NCBI RefSeq assembly: GCF_006345805.1
Contig: NC_043002.1
Span: 86,676,001 to 86,740,000, forward strand
Source: Octopus sinensis
Taxonomy: Eukaryota
Direction of reading: 5' to 3'
DNA: 64,000 nt
The notes under the pieces are model-generated. The model made no database searches, was not told the origin of the DNA, and saw only the letters and a list, made by a program, of their open reading frames with translations. The position numbers were made by a program, and so were the translations under genes. Of this stretch, positions 11,023 to 24,260 are shown piece after piece (within the stretch, counting starts at the first letter, position 1; each line of letters starts with the position of its first letter).

Positions 11023-11879
11023 TATATATATATATAACTACTTGTCAATCTCTTTTCACACTCACTTGAACTCACCCATCTACCCTATCTGTTTTCTTTC
11101 TTGTATTCACTTTCTTGTACCTTGAGAGTATGCTGTGACACCTTGTGACAATGATATATTTTCTCTCTTTCAAGCTGGGAAAGCCATGTATCTTCTATCC
11201 AACGAGACACCAGTTCCAGTCAGCCTATCGTACTTTAGCCTCTCAACACTTGACATAAAGCTACCTCCCTTTCTACTATACACCATTCAGTCAAGGGACC
11301 TTGTTTTACTAGTTACTTGGTGAATTCATCAGTGCTAGTACCACAGAAAAGTTCACCCAGTGTTCTCTGTAAAGTGTTAGCATTAGGAAGGGCAACCAGC
11401 AACTGAAACCATGCCAAAGTAAACATTGGAGGTTAACGCAGCCCTCTGGCTCATTGGAGCTTGTTAAACCATCCAACCTAAACTAGCATGAAAGACAGAT
11501 GTAAAATGATGATGATGGTGATGATGATGATGATGATGATGAAACATGTATGTGCATAGCTTTTGCTAATATATAAACACTATCAAGGAAACCAAAAAAA
11601 ATATAAAGCAAACAAACAAACAAACATAGCTCCAGGAACAATATTCCTTGATACACATATTAAGTTACAGACACTCCTATATTACTTTTGCCACTGGAAA
11701 TACAGTGACCTAATGATCAGCCCATTGGAAACATAATTGTTCACAATTTGCAATATAAACACAATAAATATGTGATTAAATGTAGGACAGTAATTAGGAC
11801 TAGGCAAAATTATTTCTTTCAAAAGTACATCAGACTTGGAGCTAATTGATTTCAATCTTGAACACTATCTTGATTAGTT

Positions 11880-13035
11880 TTTCATTTTTATCTAAGAAAA
11901 TATATTTTCTATAGTATTGTGTTTGCTTTGATACTAGGACATCATGTGTGTCAACATGTCTTAAAAAGGATTATTAATTATTTCATTTGCTGCTTTAGCT
12001 TTATAGTGTATCGTCAGACCCCAAAACCTGTTGGCCTATGACCCTCTTCAAAAAATGGAGAGGAAAAAACCTTGCTACTCAAAGTAAACAAATGGGTGAT
12101 ATGTCTCTTTGCTATTGACTATCGACGTCTGACTGTGCTGCCATCTTGTGGGCTCCAAAAGGCTAGCAAGAACTTCCTAAAATGTAAGCATGGCCTGAAA
12201 ATCTCTGTTCTGGAGTTGAGAATGTTCCTCTGATTCAAGCGAGTCTTTTAAGATTCTCATGTGTTCAGCTATGCATAACTTACTATGTTTCGTCCTATTT
12301 ATGTAGGGACCTGGGATCTTGAGGATTTTCCATGAGATTGAGTATGGGATCCCATGATCTCTTAGTTGCCAGATGTGGCTGGCCAGTGATGTTACTTATC
12401 TCCTGCTGGCTGGCGATGTCTTATGTGTGTGTGTCTTGATGTGTATGTATCTTTCTATAAAGGTTTGTGTATATATGTGTTTGTGTGTGTAAGTATCTGC
12501 ATGTGAAGGTTGTTATCTATCTAGTGGGAAATATAACACTGAGACAATAAAAGCATGACTAGTTATCCCATATATTTTTGATATTGTGACTCAGATCAAC
12601 ACTGATCAGGGCTTGTTAAGGAAATGGGATGGAGTGGGATGGGGGCAGTCAGAACATCAGTCCAGTGACTCAAGGAAGTGGCCCTATGAATATCTAATGG
12701 GCTTCACCTTCATAAAAAAAATTTTTTTTAAAAAACAGCTGCCATAAATTTTAGGAGTATCCCATCTCTAGGATCTTAAAAATAGTCATTTTTATCTCAG
12801 AAAATATATTTTCTATAGTATTGCGTTTGCCAGATATTAGGTTATCAAGTGTGTCAACATTTCTTAAAAAGGATTATTTATTTTACTTGCTGCTTTTGTA
12901 AACATGTAAGTATTTGTGTGTGTGTGTGTGTGTCTGGACGTGTATATATCTTTGTATAAAAGTTTGTGTATATATGTGTGTTTGCAAGTGTAAGTATCTA
13001 TGTGCATAGGTTGATATCTATCTAGTAGGCAATAA
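11880..13035. repeat. Old local duplication of unique sequence
   Basis: 11880-11996 resembles 12786-12897, and 12422-12533 resembles 12915-13033. Confidence 0.75.
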
Positions 13036-14164
13036 AAACTTTTCTTAGAGACTCTGGCATTGACCAAAGGTATTCTCTCCACAGCCATTTTGTCAATTAC
13101 ACATCAAAGACTTTATTGTCCTATGTATCTTTTTTTTTTAAGACAGTTGAATGTAATTTGAGGAAGTTGGCTACTGCTTCTAGGAGGCTAATTAACCACA
13201 TATAGGCTATCTTGTTGGCTCATATTGTTGTTGTTGTTAAACCCAAACTCAGCGTTTACTGAGCAGACCTTTGAACAGAGGCATTCCAGATACCACCATC
13301 CAATTTTTCTATCAAAAACTGCATCCAGGGCTTCACTATCCACTGTGACATTTTGAAAGACAATAGAATGTGATATGAGGGAGATTTGGTTGCTACTTTT
13401 TACAGATTGAATGACCTCACAGAGTCTTCTTTGTGGACTTATGTTTTTAGCATATGTTAACTTGATGTGGAATAAATATATTAATTAGTTTAAATTTAAA
13501 TAGAGCATTGCTAGTGATAAGACTTCAGACTTGACACAGAAAACGTAGTGATTGCTGAGATATAGTATCTAGTCTATAGTGATGGTTTTGGTATGAACTT
13601 AATCTTGTTCTGTAATTAAAACTGCATGGTATATGACTGACATTCTTTCAACTAAAGGTGAAATTGTCTTCTTGTGACTGTTGGGGTTTCTAAACATCTA
13701 TGACATTGAAATACCACCATCTCTGTACTTTCAAGCACACAGAAGGTGTTTCCCTATGGGGAAGCAATCATACTTCTCTGTCCTCCCCACCACCTGTCAC
13801 CATATGACTGTATTCTTTGCCAAATACTATGTATTCAGTTAAAATTTTCATTGATTACAGGTGGTTAAAACTTCTTGGAGTTTCAGATGACAAACCTCTT
13901 GTTGTGATGGTCAAAGTCTTTGCACATATATAACAATGAAATATTACCACTTGCATAGTTTTAAGTGCCCAGAAGATGTAGTATAGGTGAAAACAGTTGG
14001 GATTCTCTGGTCCTTTGCATGAATGTGTCCCCTTTTGAAGTTCCATATAATTGAAGCTGTTTTCATTGATCATCAATAGACAAACACTATAAGTTTAGGC
14101 AACTTCCTCTTGTTTTCTTTTCTTTGTTTCTTTCTTTCTTCTTTTATTTATTTTACCTGCTACC

Positions 14165-14910
14165 TTTTACTTGTTTCATTCATTGGACAGCAACCATGCT
14201 GGGGCACTGCCTTGAAGGGTTTCATCAAACTAATCAGCCCAGTACTTATTTTTGTAAAGACTGGTACTTATACTATTGGTCTCATTTGCTGAACTGCTAA
14301 GTAACAGGGATGTAAACAAACCAACAGTGGTTATCATGCAGTGGTAGAGACAAAGAGAAATGCAAACACATACACGTATAATTGGAAGGCTTCATTCAGT
14401 TTCTGCCTACCAAATACACTTACAAGGCTTTGGTTAGTCTGAGGCTATAGTAGAAGACGCTTGCTCGAGGATGCAAACAATGGGACTGAACCTGAAACCA
14501 AGCAGTTGGGAAGCATGCATCTTTCACACAGTCATATCTGTGATTTTATTCACGTATTTTTAGGCAGTTGCTAGGTCATAGGTAAATTTAAGAGACGAAC
14601 TCTCAATCTTGTAACAATCCAAGGACTGAAGCTGCTAAAACCCCAAATCTCTAAATTTAGGACTAGTTAGTGACATGGACTAGAATCCTTGCAAATTATG
14701 TTCTGAATGACTGATCATATGTCAATGTGTTTATGAATACTTGTACTTAAATATAGGCACAGACGTGGCTGTGTGGAAGAAGTTTGCTTCCCAGCCACAT
14801 GGTTCTAGGTTCAATTCTACTGCATGGCACTTTAGGCTTCTACTATAGCTTCAGGCCAACCAGGGTCTTGTGGGTGTATTTGGTAGATAGAAACTGAAAG
14901 AAGCCTGTCA
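14165..14910. mobile_element. Two CORE-type (OR2-like) SINEs, 14165-14540 minus and 14756-14910 plus
   Basis: GTGGCTGTGTGG..AG head and TTTGGTAGA..GAAACTGAAAGAAGCC body. Confidence 0.7.
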
Positions 14911-14924
14911 TGTATATATATACA

Positions 14925-14971
<47 letters not shown>

Positions 14972-15250
14972 GCCAGCCTCGTCTGGCCCCCATGCCGGTG
15001 ACATGTAAAAAGCACCATCGGATCTTGGTCGTTTGCCAGCCTCGTCTGGCACCTGTGCAGGTGGCATGTAAAAAGCACCCACTACACTCACAGAGTGGTT
15101 GGCATTAGGAAGGGCATCCAGCTATAGAAACACTGCTTGATCAGACTGGGCCTGGCACAGCCTTATGGTTTCCCAGACCCCAGTTGAACCGTCCAACCCA
15201 TGCTAGCATGGAAAGCGGACGTTAAACGATGATGATGATGATGATGATGA
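14972..15250 (+). mobile_element. RTE 3'UTR retrocopy
   Basis: GGTTGGCATTAGGAAGGGCATCCAGCT...CCAACCCATGCTAGCATGGAAAGCGGACGTTAAAC(GAT)n. Confidence 0.85.
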
Positions 15251-15272
15251 TATATGTATATACATATATGTA

Positions 15273-15598
15273 AAGGAGCACTCTGTCAGTTACTATGACG
15301 AGGGTCCCAGCTGATACAATCAACGGAACAGCCTGCTCATGAAATTAACGTGCAAGTGACTGAGCTATCCACAGACACCATACCCCTAACGTAGTTCTCA
15401 GGGAGATTCAGAGTTACACAGAGTGTAGCAAGGCCAGCTATTTGAAATACCTACAACTTATTTTTGCCAGCTCAGTGGACTTGGAGCAACATGAAATAAA
15501 GTGTCTTGCTTAAGGACACAATGTGTTGCCAGGAATTGAACTCATGACCTTATGATCATGAGCTGATTGCCCCTAACCACTAAACCACGCACCTTCAC
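15273..15598 (-). mobile_element. tRNA/CORE-type SINE, additional family (related piece at about 20410-20665)
   Basis: Minus strand GCGTGGTTTAGTGGTTAGG...GAGTTCAATTCC...GTGTCCTTAAGCAAGACACTT. Confidence 0.75.
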
Positions 15599-15630
15599 AA
15601 TATATATATACACACACACACATATATATA

Positions 15631-15692
<62 letters not shown>

Positions 15693-15962
15693 CTATTAAG
15701 TTAGATATGGTCTGGGCCAATACTGGCCAAAACCTTTCTAAGTTATTCTAAGTTATATTTTTATGTATATATATATGTGTATATATATATGTGTATATAT
15801 ATATATGTGTATATATATATGTGTGTGTATATATATATATATATGTGTGTGTGTATATATATATATATATGTGTGTGTATATATATATGTGTGTATATAT
15901 ATATATATGTGTATATATATATATATGTATCTATATATATGTATATATATATATGTATGACT

Positions 15963-16103
15963 GTTCAACTGGTATCTGGGAAGCCAGAAGGCTGCACCAG
16001 ACTGGGACTGGTGCAGCCTTCTGGCTTCCCAGACGCCAGTTGAACCGTCCAACCCATGCTAGCATGGAAAGCAGATGTAAAACGATGATGTTGATGATGA
16101 TGA
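15963..16103 (+). mobile_element. RTE 3'UTR retrocopy with inverted 5' duplication
   Basis: 38-bp arms 15963-16000 and 16008-16045 with a 7-nt loop; (GAT)n tail. Confidence 0.85.
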
Positions 16104-16123
16104 TATATGTATATATATATGTG

Positions 16124-16155
<32 letters not shown>

Positions 16156-16965
16156 TGTTTGTATGTATATTATTATATGATTGAATGCCACGCATCCTTT
16201 TCCAAGTAAGTTTTATCTTAATAATTATGATACCACTCTTCAACTTTTACTATTTCTCCTCTGTCTATCTTTCTCCCTCCCTTGTTCTTCATCCTTTCTG
16301 GTTTTCTCTCCCACCCTTCCCTATTCTTCTCTACCCTTCACCATTCCCTCTCTCTTACTCCTTCTCCTTGACCCTCTCATCACTGACACGTGACTAGAGG
16401 GAAGCCATCTTTGCAACTGTCAAGCTGGCTTATTCTGTCCCTCTCAAGTCAAGCTGGCTTATTCTGTCCCTCTCATAAGCTGTCTCCTTAACGCGTTCAA
16501 AATAATTTTTCCATCGTCTTGGCTTAACAGCCCTCATCGTTTGTTTTTACCGTGTTATTCTCTTTGTCCTGTCTTTTACTGTTTTTACTTGTATTGTTTT
16601 TATTCTTACTGTCCTGTTCTTGTTTCCACTTTTACCCCTCTGCAAAATAATCCCTAATTTTATTTAATTTGCTTTGTGGGAAGGACTGTTTCAACGAAGT
16701 TGCGTCTTGTCCTTACCTTCGAAACACGGAGTAGACAAAACAGGGACAACTGAAGAAGGGGAATATTCCTTGTGTTGTATGTCTTGTACTCTTTTTTTTC
16801 GTTGTTTGAAAAAAAGTTTGTTTCCATGTTTTTTGTTTTTATGTTTTCGTTTCTCATTGTGTTCAACGTTTTTTTGATGTCCTGTACCCATATATGCATG
16901 TATATATACATATAGATGTAGGTATGTACATATATGTATGTATATATACATATATTAATATATTC

Positions 16966-17270
16966 ATCATCATCATCATCATCATTTAACGTCCGTTTTC
17001 CATGCTAGCATGGGTTGGACGGTTCAACTGGGTCTGGGAAACCGGAAGGTTGCGCCAGGCCCAGTCTGATCTGGCAGACAAGGCTGGCAACGGCCACGAT
17101 TGGATGGTGCTTTTTACATGCCACTGGCATGAAGGCCCGTCGGGGCGGCGCTGGCAACAGCCATGTTCGGATGGTTGGCTTACGTGCAACCGGCACTGGT
17201 ATCACAGCTACAATTTCCATTGATTTTGATCGATTTCGATTTTGATTCTCACTTGCCTCAACAGGTCTTC
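16966..17270 (-). mobile_element. RTE 3'UTR retrocopy with internal deletion
   Basis: Colinear with 60363-60815 but lacking the CTGGATGCCCTTCC segment. Confidence 0.85.
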
Positions 17271-18516
17271 ATTTATATGTGTGTGTCTTTTTGTCAGTAG
17301 TTGTCCTCACCCACCATCGGTTAACAACTGATGTTGGCGTGTTTATGTCCTCATAACTTAGCAAATCAGCAAAAGAAACTGATAGAATAAGAACTGGGCT
17401 TCCAAAAAATAAGTCCTGAGGTCAATTTTTTCATCTAAAAAACAAAACCTTTAAGGCAGTACTCCAGCATAGATGCAGTCATATGACTAAAACAAGTAAC
17501 AGAATAAAAGAATAAATATTATTGTTTTGCTTCCTTCAATCACTGGAATAATTACCCTGAGTAACAATACAAGAATCTCCAGCTTCTCATAATGTGAGTG
17601 AATGTGTGTGTGTGTGTGTGTATTGTTGAAGAAGATTAAAGGCTAGCTAGTTGAAAACTTGATACACAAAACATCAAGATGGATGTAAATAGAGTATAGA
17701 CATAGTTGTGTGATTAATATAACATACAAACTATATGGAAACCCATTATGATATATATATATATAAGATTTTCCATATAGATATATGTATGTATGTATGT
17801 ATATATTTTCACACACGTATGGACTTCTATTTGTGTGTGTTTGTGCACATGTGTATCTTTGCCAATGGATATCAATAAATAATATACATATTAGAAGAAA
17901 AACACAAAAAAATTGTGTTATGAACAACATCTTTTAACATATTTATTCAACATCATGTTACAAACACTCCCTTGTCAATCTCACTATTAGAAAGAAATGC
18001 AGTGAACCAAGGATTGGTCCATTGGAATTGTAACCAAGAGGGATACTGTTCACCAATTGGTCAATTAGAAACCTATGACCAAGGATGCAGTTGTTCATCA
18101 ATTGGTCTGCTGGAAATCTATAATGACTTATGGCATTATTCAACAGTTGATATATAATATGAAATGAATACTATATCAATAACAAAAAAATATTTAGAAC
18201 ACAGCAGTTATGGTTTTTTGATATATGATATTTTTGTTTCCTTCTTCTTTGACATGTTATGAAGTACAATGTAAACACTTGGCATGTGTCTTTCATTGAT
18301 CTCATCCCAGAATCCACTTTTAGCTCCCAGTTTTAACTAGCTATTTCAGTTCATCTACACTGATAATGTGCCTAAGAAGCATCCATTTCAAAGCTCTCTT
18401 AAAAATATTAGCTTTCATACCTACCAGGAGAAGACAGTGGAAACCACTCTATTGTACTTCTCATATATGCTATGATAAAGTCATAACAAGCTATATCGAG
18501 AAACAGATATGCTTAC

Positions 18517-18577
18517 CTTTCTTAAAGCGAGACAGGTTATTATATACTTTGTATATGGTTGGTTGGGTAAAAATCAT
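18517..18577 (-). other. Candidate 61-nt exon
   Basis: TTTATTTCTAG|ATGATTTTTACC...TTAAGAAAG|GTAAGC; open frame MIFTQPTIYKVYNNLSRFKK. Confidence 0.2.
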
Positions 18578-19513
18578 CTAGAAATAAATTATTTTTATTG
18601 GCATGCTTTCAAAAAACAACCTTCCTAGATTTAATGCGAAGTGAATGCTTGCTGAAATAACTACAAATGTGTAGAAACCAAGTTTGATGGCAATTTTTTT
18701 TTTTTCATCAGACATATAAAATTAATGTTCATAGAAGTGAAGTCTTATAGAAAATATTCCACAAGGTGAATAGCCAAGATTTAAAGTCATTGACTTCAAA
18801 GTGGAGTTGATTAATATCCATGAGAATTTGTATTACTGGATATATTCCAGAATTGGTATATATGCGTGTATGCCTGCATGTTCTTCATTATATTCAAGTA
18901 TGTATTTGTGTGTGTGTGTGAGAGTGAGAGAGAGAGAGAATGATTTTGGCAGAGAGTGGGGGAGAAAGTGTAAAGCACAATAGGCAGTATGTCAGATGAC
19001 ATTGTCCTAATTCTTTGCAGGAAAAGTTTACAAGACAATGATAAAATGGTATATTTTTTTATTCTGCTTCTTAATTCTGCTGCTTGTAACAGGCACATTC
19101 AAAAGGCAGAAAATTTTGGTTTCACTCATATCGTGAATGCTGTTTTCTTTCCCTCATCTCTCTTATATTCTTTAGTTAGTACAAACTAAACCTCTGGCTA
19201 GTCATATTGGAAGTCAGTAACTTAAGCTAGAAGTTTCTCTGCTAAAGTTATTATTTCCAGATATGATATTGCGTGACTTGTGAACTCAGCAGCACAAAAC
19301 TAAACTAGAAGTTTTCATCAATGCTTAAGGATTGTTCTAATAGCAATATATATCTGTTTAGCAAAGTGATGTCTCATGCTCATTCTTCTTCAATTCTTAT
19401 TTCCATATAGATTTAATGACTTGCAATTACAGCTGTTGAAAAAAACATGACTGCACATGTGTATTATATTTTTGTATTTAAAATTTATATTCATTTCAAA
19501 ATGCATGAAGCCC

Positions 19514-19655
19514 TATCATCATCATCATCATCATCATCTTCATCATCATCTTCAACTTCTTCATCATCATCATCATCATCATCCTCTTCATCATCATCTT
19601 CATCATCATCTTCATCTTCATCATCATCTTCATCTTCATCTTCATCATCATCATC

Positions 19656-19703
<48 letters not shown>

Positions 19704-19795
19704 TCATCTTCATCATCATCATCATCATCATCGTCAACACCACCACCACCACCACACCACCACCAGCACAATGATGACAATGATGATGATGATGT
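19514..19795. repeat. Compound (TCA/TCT)n-(CAC)n-(GAT)n microsatellite
   Basis: Directly visible. Confidence 0.95.
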
Positions 19796-20668
19796 CAAAA
19801 TCACATCACAAAGACTAGTTATTCTCTTTAGTGTCAGGAATACTTGTCATGATCAGTTATTACTGACCCTTTTCAGAACCAAAAATGCAAAAAAAACAAA
19901 AAAAAAGCATAACTGTCAGTTGCAAGCTAGTATGATCTGGTAGTATGTACTATGCTTTCACTAGTTGTTTTAGGTGTCTATGTAGTGTCAAGCAGACATA
20001 AATACTTTCTCAACCCTTGAATCAGCAAAACAGTAAAGAATGTTTTCAGCTGGAAGGATAGAATTTCTTTATTCACCATAAGTTTGAGAAAAAGAGGGGA
20101 CGATACGAGGACAGACAAAGCAATCATTGGGTCAGGGTATCGAATGAGACAAAATGTATGAATAAACAAACAATTAAAATATATACAATTAAATGAGAAT
20201 GAGTGATTAACAAAAACTGAAGCAGAGGACATGGTCGACCCCACAAACCACATACTCACACTGAAGACTTTGCTTTCTCCTTTTTTATATTCCCGTTTAA
20301 ACAGGTTCTTTCACTCGCAACGTACTTGCTATAGACTTCCATCTTTTATGAAACACACTTTCCAACAGACATTTCTTCTCCAGCCTTATTTTCCGTTTCA
20401 TGTGGAAAACGAAAAAGTCGATTAGCTCGAGACTGGAGATGAACATGCCAATTGCAATTCCTTTCACTCTTGTCTTCCATACTACCTGAGAGAAAACAGA
20501 GTGCTGTGCTGACACTCAGGTGGTACTCATTTTCAGTTGAATAGTCAGGAGCAACATTGAAGGAAGTGCCTTGTTCAAGGGCAAAAATATGAGGATTGAT
20601 CCAGGAATTAAACCCGTGACTCTTCAATCATGAATCCAACACCCTAACTACTTGGCCATGCAACTTTA

Positions 20669-20885
20669 TAAGGGGGATGCTGAAACGTTCCTGGCCTTGG
20701 GTGAAAGAAAATACAGGAGGATCAGTTAATTATGATTTTATTCAACATAATCCTCTCTGATTCACACACTTATTACAGCAGTCCCTCAGTTTTTCTAAGC
20801 CTTGTAAAAGAACTCAGAAGGTTGGGTTTCCAGCCAGGCCTTTTGTGATACCCTTAAAGCCAGGAACTTTTCAGTGCCACCTTGG
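20669..20885. mobile_element. Mariner-type MITE
   Basis: TIRs GGGGATGCTGAAACGTTCCTGGCCTT / AAAGCCAGGAACTTTTCAGTGCCACC, flanked by TA. Confidence 0.75.
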
Positions 20886-20896
20886 TATATGATACA

Positions 20897-21458
20897 CTAG
20901 AAACTGCTAATAAAACCCTCATTAGAGTACTGCACCCATATATGGGGTGCTGTTGTTGTACAAACATTAGCAAAGTAATAAAAAAAAAAAAACCATTGAT
21001 CCTCTATCAAAAATATCATGAATAGTGATTGATCTTCTGGAACCCTATAATCAATGGAACTATCTTTCACAAATTGACTTATAAAATACATAAATGGAAA
21101 TAAAAATGTTCAGACCTGATGTATCCACCCGTCTAACACCCGTGGACATATTTACAAAGTCAGAAAACAGCACAGCTCCCATGACTTTAGGAAACATTTT
21201 TTCATGCTGAGAGTTGCTGAAGCATGGAACAAACTGCCAGCATCAGTTGTTAGTTGTTGGAGCACTGCATCCTTCAAAACTTCCATGCTTTCTGAGATTC
21301 GCCAACACTACACCTGATTTTCTCCCCTCCACACACACACACAAGCATGTATCTGACTCATACATTGTTTGCTTTCCAGACTTTATATGCACTTTCTGAC
21401 AAGTTGTGGTGCACCTGAGCACTGTATACAATAATTTCATTATTATTATTATTATTAC
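20897..21458 (+). mobile_element. CR1-like LINE 3' fragment(s)
   Basis: LIKPSLEYCTHIWG; 21130-21458 colinear with 51208-51458, including CACCTGAGCACTGTA and the (ATT)n tail. Confidence 0.8.
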
Positions 21459-22149
21459 TGTCATGTTCCAGTAGTTAACACCTATATCATGTACTGTCTT
21501 AGGTTATTAGGTCACTGTTCCTAAGTAAAACAAAAAAAAAAAAGCTGGGAAAGTCACAGCAGGAAAACATTTTTCATCATAAGGTTTTTTGGATCAGTGT
21601 TAGCCTAGTGTTAAACAACAAAAAAAATTTAAATGTTTCTCCACCACAACCTCCTCTTTCCTCCTTTTCTCTATTATCATCAGCAAGAGCAGCAGCACCA
21701 ACTACAGCAAGAACAATTTTACACTTTCACGTTTATGTTGCCAAGAAATTGATGTCTTTGGAATAGACACCACAGAACTATGTGTATTGCACAAGCTTGT
21801 AGAACCTTACATAAATATAACAGTAGATTCTTCTGAAGTGATAGATCCACTGAAAAGATTATCAGCATCATTTTTATGTCATACTTTTGCTATTATATTC
21901 TTCTTATACAGTGTCTCCTTCTTGCATCATTACAGCACAACCACACACTAAACCGTTTTAATTGTCTAAAACTAATTACATATTATTATTCATTTATAAT
22001 ATTTGATAAATTATAGAAAACAATTTCTGCCTCTATTTTCTTTCTAACATCAAGGTTAAAAGCACATTACTAATGCTCTCTTGTAGTAACAGGTGTTGTG
22101 TTACCTTTTGCATTTATACAATATTGTTACAAAAATAAAAATGTTCTCC

Positions 22150-22860
22150 TAATATGCACTTTTATCTCTTTTGTTTCCTTCCATTCAGATTAATTATTCT
22201 TCCTCTTGTTGATCTTGAAAATAGTGTGCAGCACTTTATTTTACTGCTAGTTTTACTCACTAGAGTGACAGATGACATTTTGTCTAGATGTTCTTCTGCT
22301 GCTTCTAAAGTAGAGATATTTCTAATGGTATTTCCTCAGTTTAATACGTACCGATGTTGATACAACTTCATGAATAATATTTATGTGAAATTTTAGAAGT
22401 TGTGGGTGTATCTGAATTTCACTAGCTTGTATCTAATATTATGGCATTTTCCCAAGTTAACATTTCCACTTAAACTCTTTTCAGAAGCTCCTCTTTCTGG
22501 CACTGTTTCTATTGTGGATTTAATATCTACTCTGTAACTGGAAGGTTCCAATAATCTAGAGTATTAAATACTATATTGATATTAGACTCTTTTAATGTTG
22601 CATTAACAAAGCAATAAAACATTCATTTGTTATTTTCATGCCAATAATTTATACATTAATTTGGTTTGGCGTTCCATATTCCAATCAAAATTTTATATTT
22701 TTATGTTGTTTCCATGATCTTGTTAACATTCCTACTGGTTTCTTTCATTGGACAATGGGCAACTATTTGTAAATGCCTTTCTTGTTAGGTTTCTGGAGAT
22801 AAACAATGGTTTTGTAAGTAAAACCACCATGTGCCTTCATTTTGCTCTAACTTAAATGAT
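22150..22860 (-). pseudogene. Highly decayed LINE APE endonuclease region
   Basis: Minus-strand remnants ILIGIWNAK (GTWNV-like), LKESNINIV and IQI..PTTS (IQVYAPT-like) with stops and frameshifts. Confidence 0.4.
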
Positions 22861-23014
22861 ATTAAATGATAATAGACTTCCTTGGAATAAACCAGTTGTG
22901 TAAAACAGCCAATGTAATCTTCAGTTCTTCATAGTTAGTCTGGTCATCAGTGTTCCTTATTATTTGTGTGTATAGAGATGTGTGTATGTTTGGATGTGTG
23001 TGTACATGCATGTG

Positions 23015-23049
<35 letters not shown>

Positions 23050-23269
23050 ATGCATGTGTGTATATATGGTACACTTTTTACATTTTATATTTTACTTGTT
23101 GCAATCATTGAACTGCAACCATGCTGGAGCATTACCTTGAAGGTTTTAGCCAAATAAATCAAGTCCATTACTTACTTTTTTAAGTCTGGGACTTCTTTTG
23201 GTCCCAGACTTACCACTTCGCCTGGCAGGCTAACGTTTCTGCCAGCTCACTACTTTCTGCATCACATAT

Positions 23270-23316
<47 letters not shown>

Positions 23317-24224
23317 TGTTGTCACCATAATTATTACTATCATCATTTTAGATTTTACTTTGCATGCTGACATAAAGAAGATGGGTTGTTATGGTCCATT
23401 TCAGTTCTTATTCAGAACTTCTGTTTTCCTTGACAGGTTTATGGACCATATCTCATTTGTGTCTTCCAGTTTTAACTCAGTTTCTATAACTTGATGCTCT
23501 TTCTGTCATCACCAACCACTTTACAGAGTATAATAGGTGCATTTTATTATGGCACCAACACTAGAGATGTTGTCGTGTTCTCAACCAGACTAAATGATTT
23601 ATTCAATCCTACATTGTCTCCCACTCATTTACCAATTACTCTATAGAGTGTATTGGCTATATTGTATTGTGATACTAGTGTGAATGAGGTTGCCTTGTAA
23701 TGTTTGTGCACTGATAAGGTGCATATAGCAATATAAAAAAAGATAATGTGTAATCTTTTTTTTGCTGTTGTATAAATACAGGCATGCTAATTTTGATGTA
23801 ACTTTTGCACTGTCATTAATGGCAATGATAAAATTATCAACAGCACAGATTATATGTTATTGTGCAATGGTAATATATGAATTAGGTAGAGTATTCATTT
23901 CAGTTTTACATATTCTGTAAGCATATGCATAACTGTGTGGTTAATAAGTTTGCTTCACAATCACATGGTTTCATGTTCAACCCACTAATGCCTTTTAAGT
24001 GAATTTGGTAAATGAAAACTGTATGGAAACTCATCATATGCATACATCTCCTCACCATAACACACCACATGCAAATTTCATACATAGATAGCTCTCATTT
24101 GTGACACACTAATCCCATTCATCCATATCACATCAAATTTATGCACAGGCATGACCACTAGACTGTGTGTGCACATATATATATATAGTTGTGTGCACAT
24201 ACATTTGTGTGTGTGTGTGTGTGT

Positions 24225-24260
<36 letters not shown>

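Noticed and set aside
12085-12135. Gypsy RT-like motif KQMGDMSLC/IDYRRL
   Set aside because: Needs a frameshift and no other RT motifs follow; probably chance.
16660-16890. Additional hammerhead (GAAACAGTC on minus; CTGAAGA on plus)
   Set aside because: Core and stems cannot be assembled in a valid order; may be a related repeat but is not supportable.
19447-19818. Poly-Ser/His/Met ORFs
   Set aside because: Trinucleotide microsatellite; no splice or domain context.
21630-22860. Endogenous viral or host gene remnant
   Set aside because: The frames I translated are interrupted, and the residual motifs fit a decayed LINE endonuclease better.
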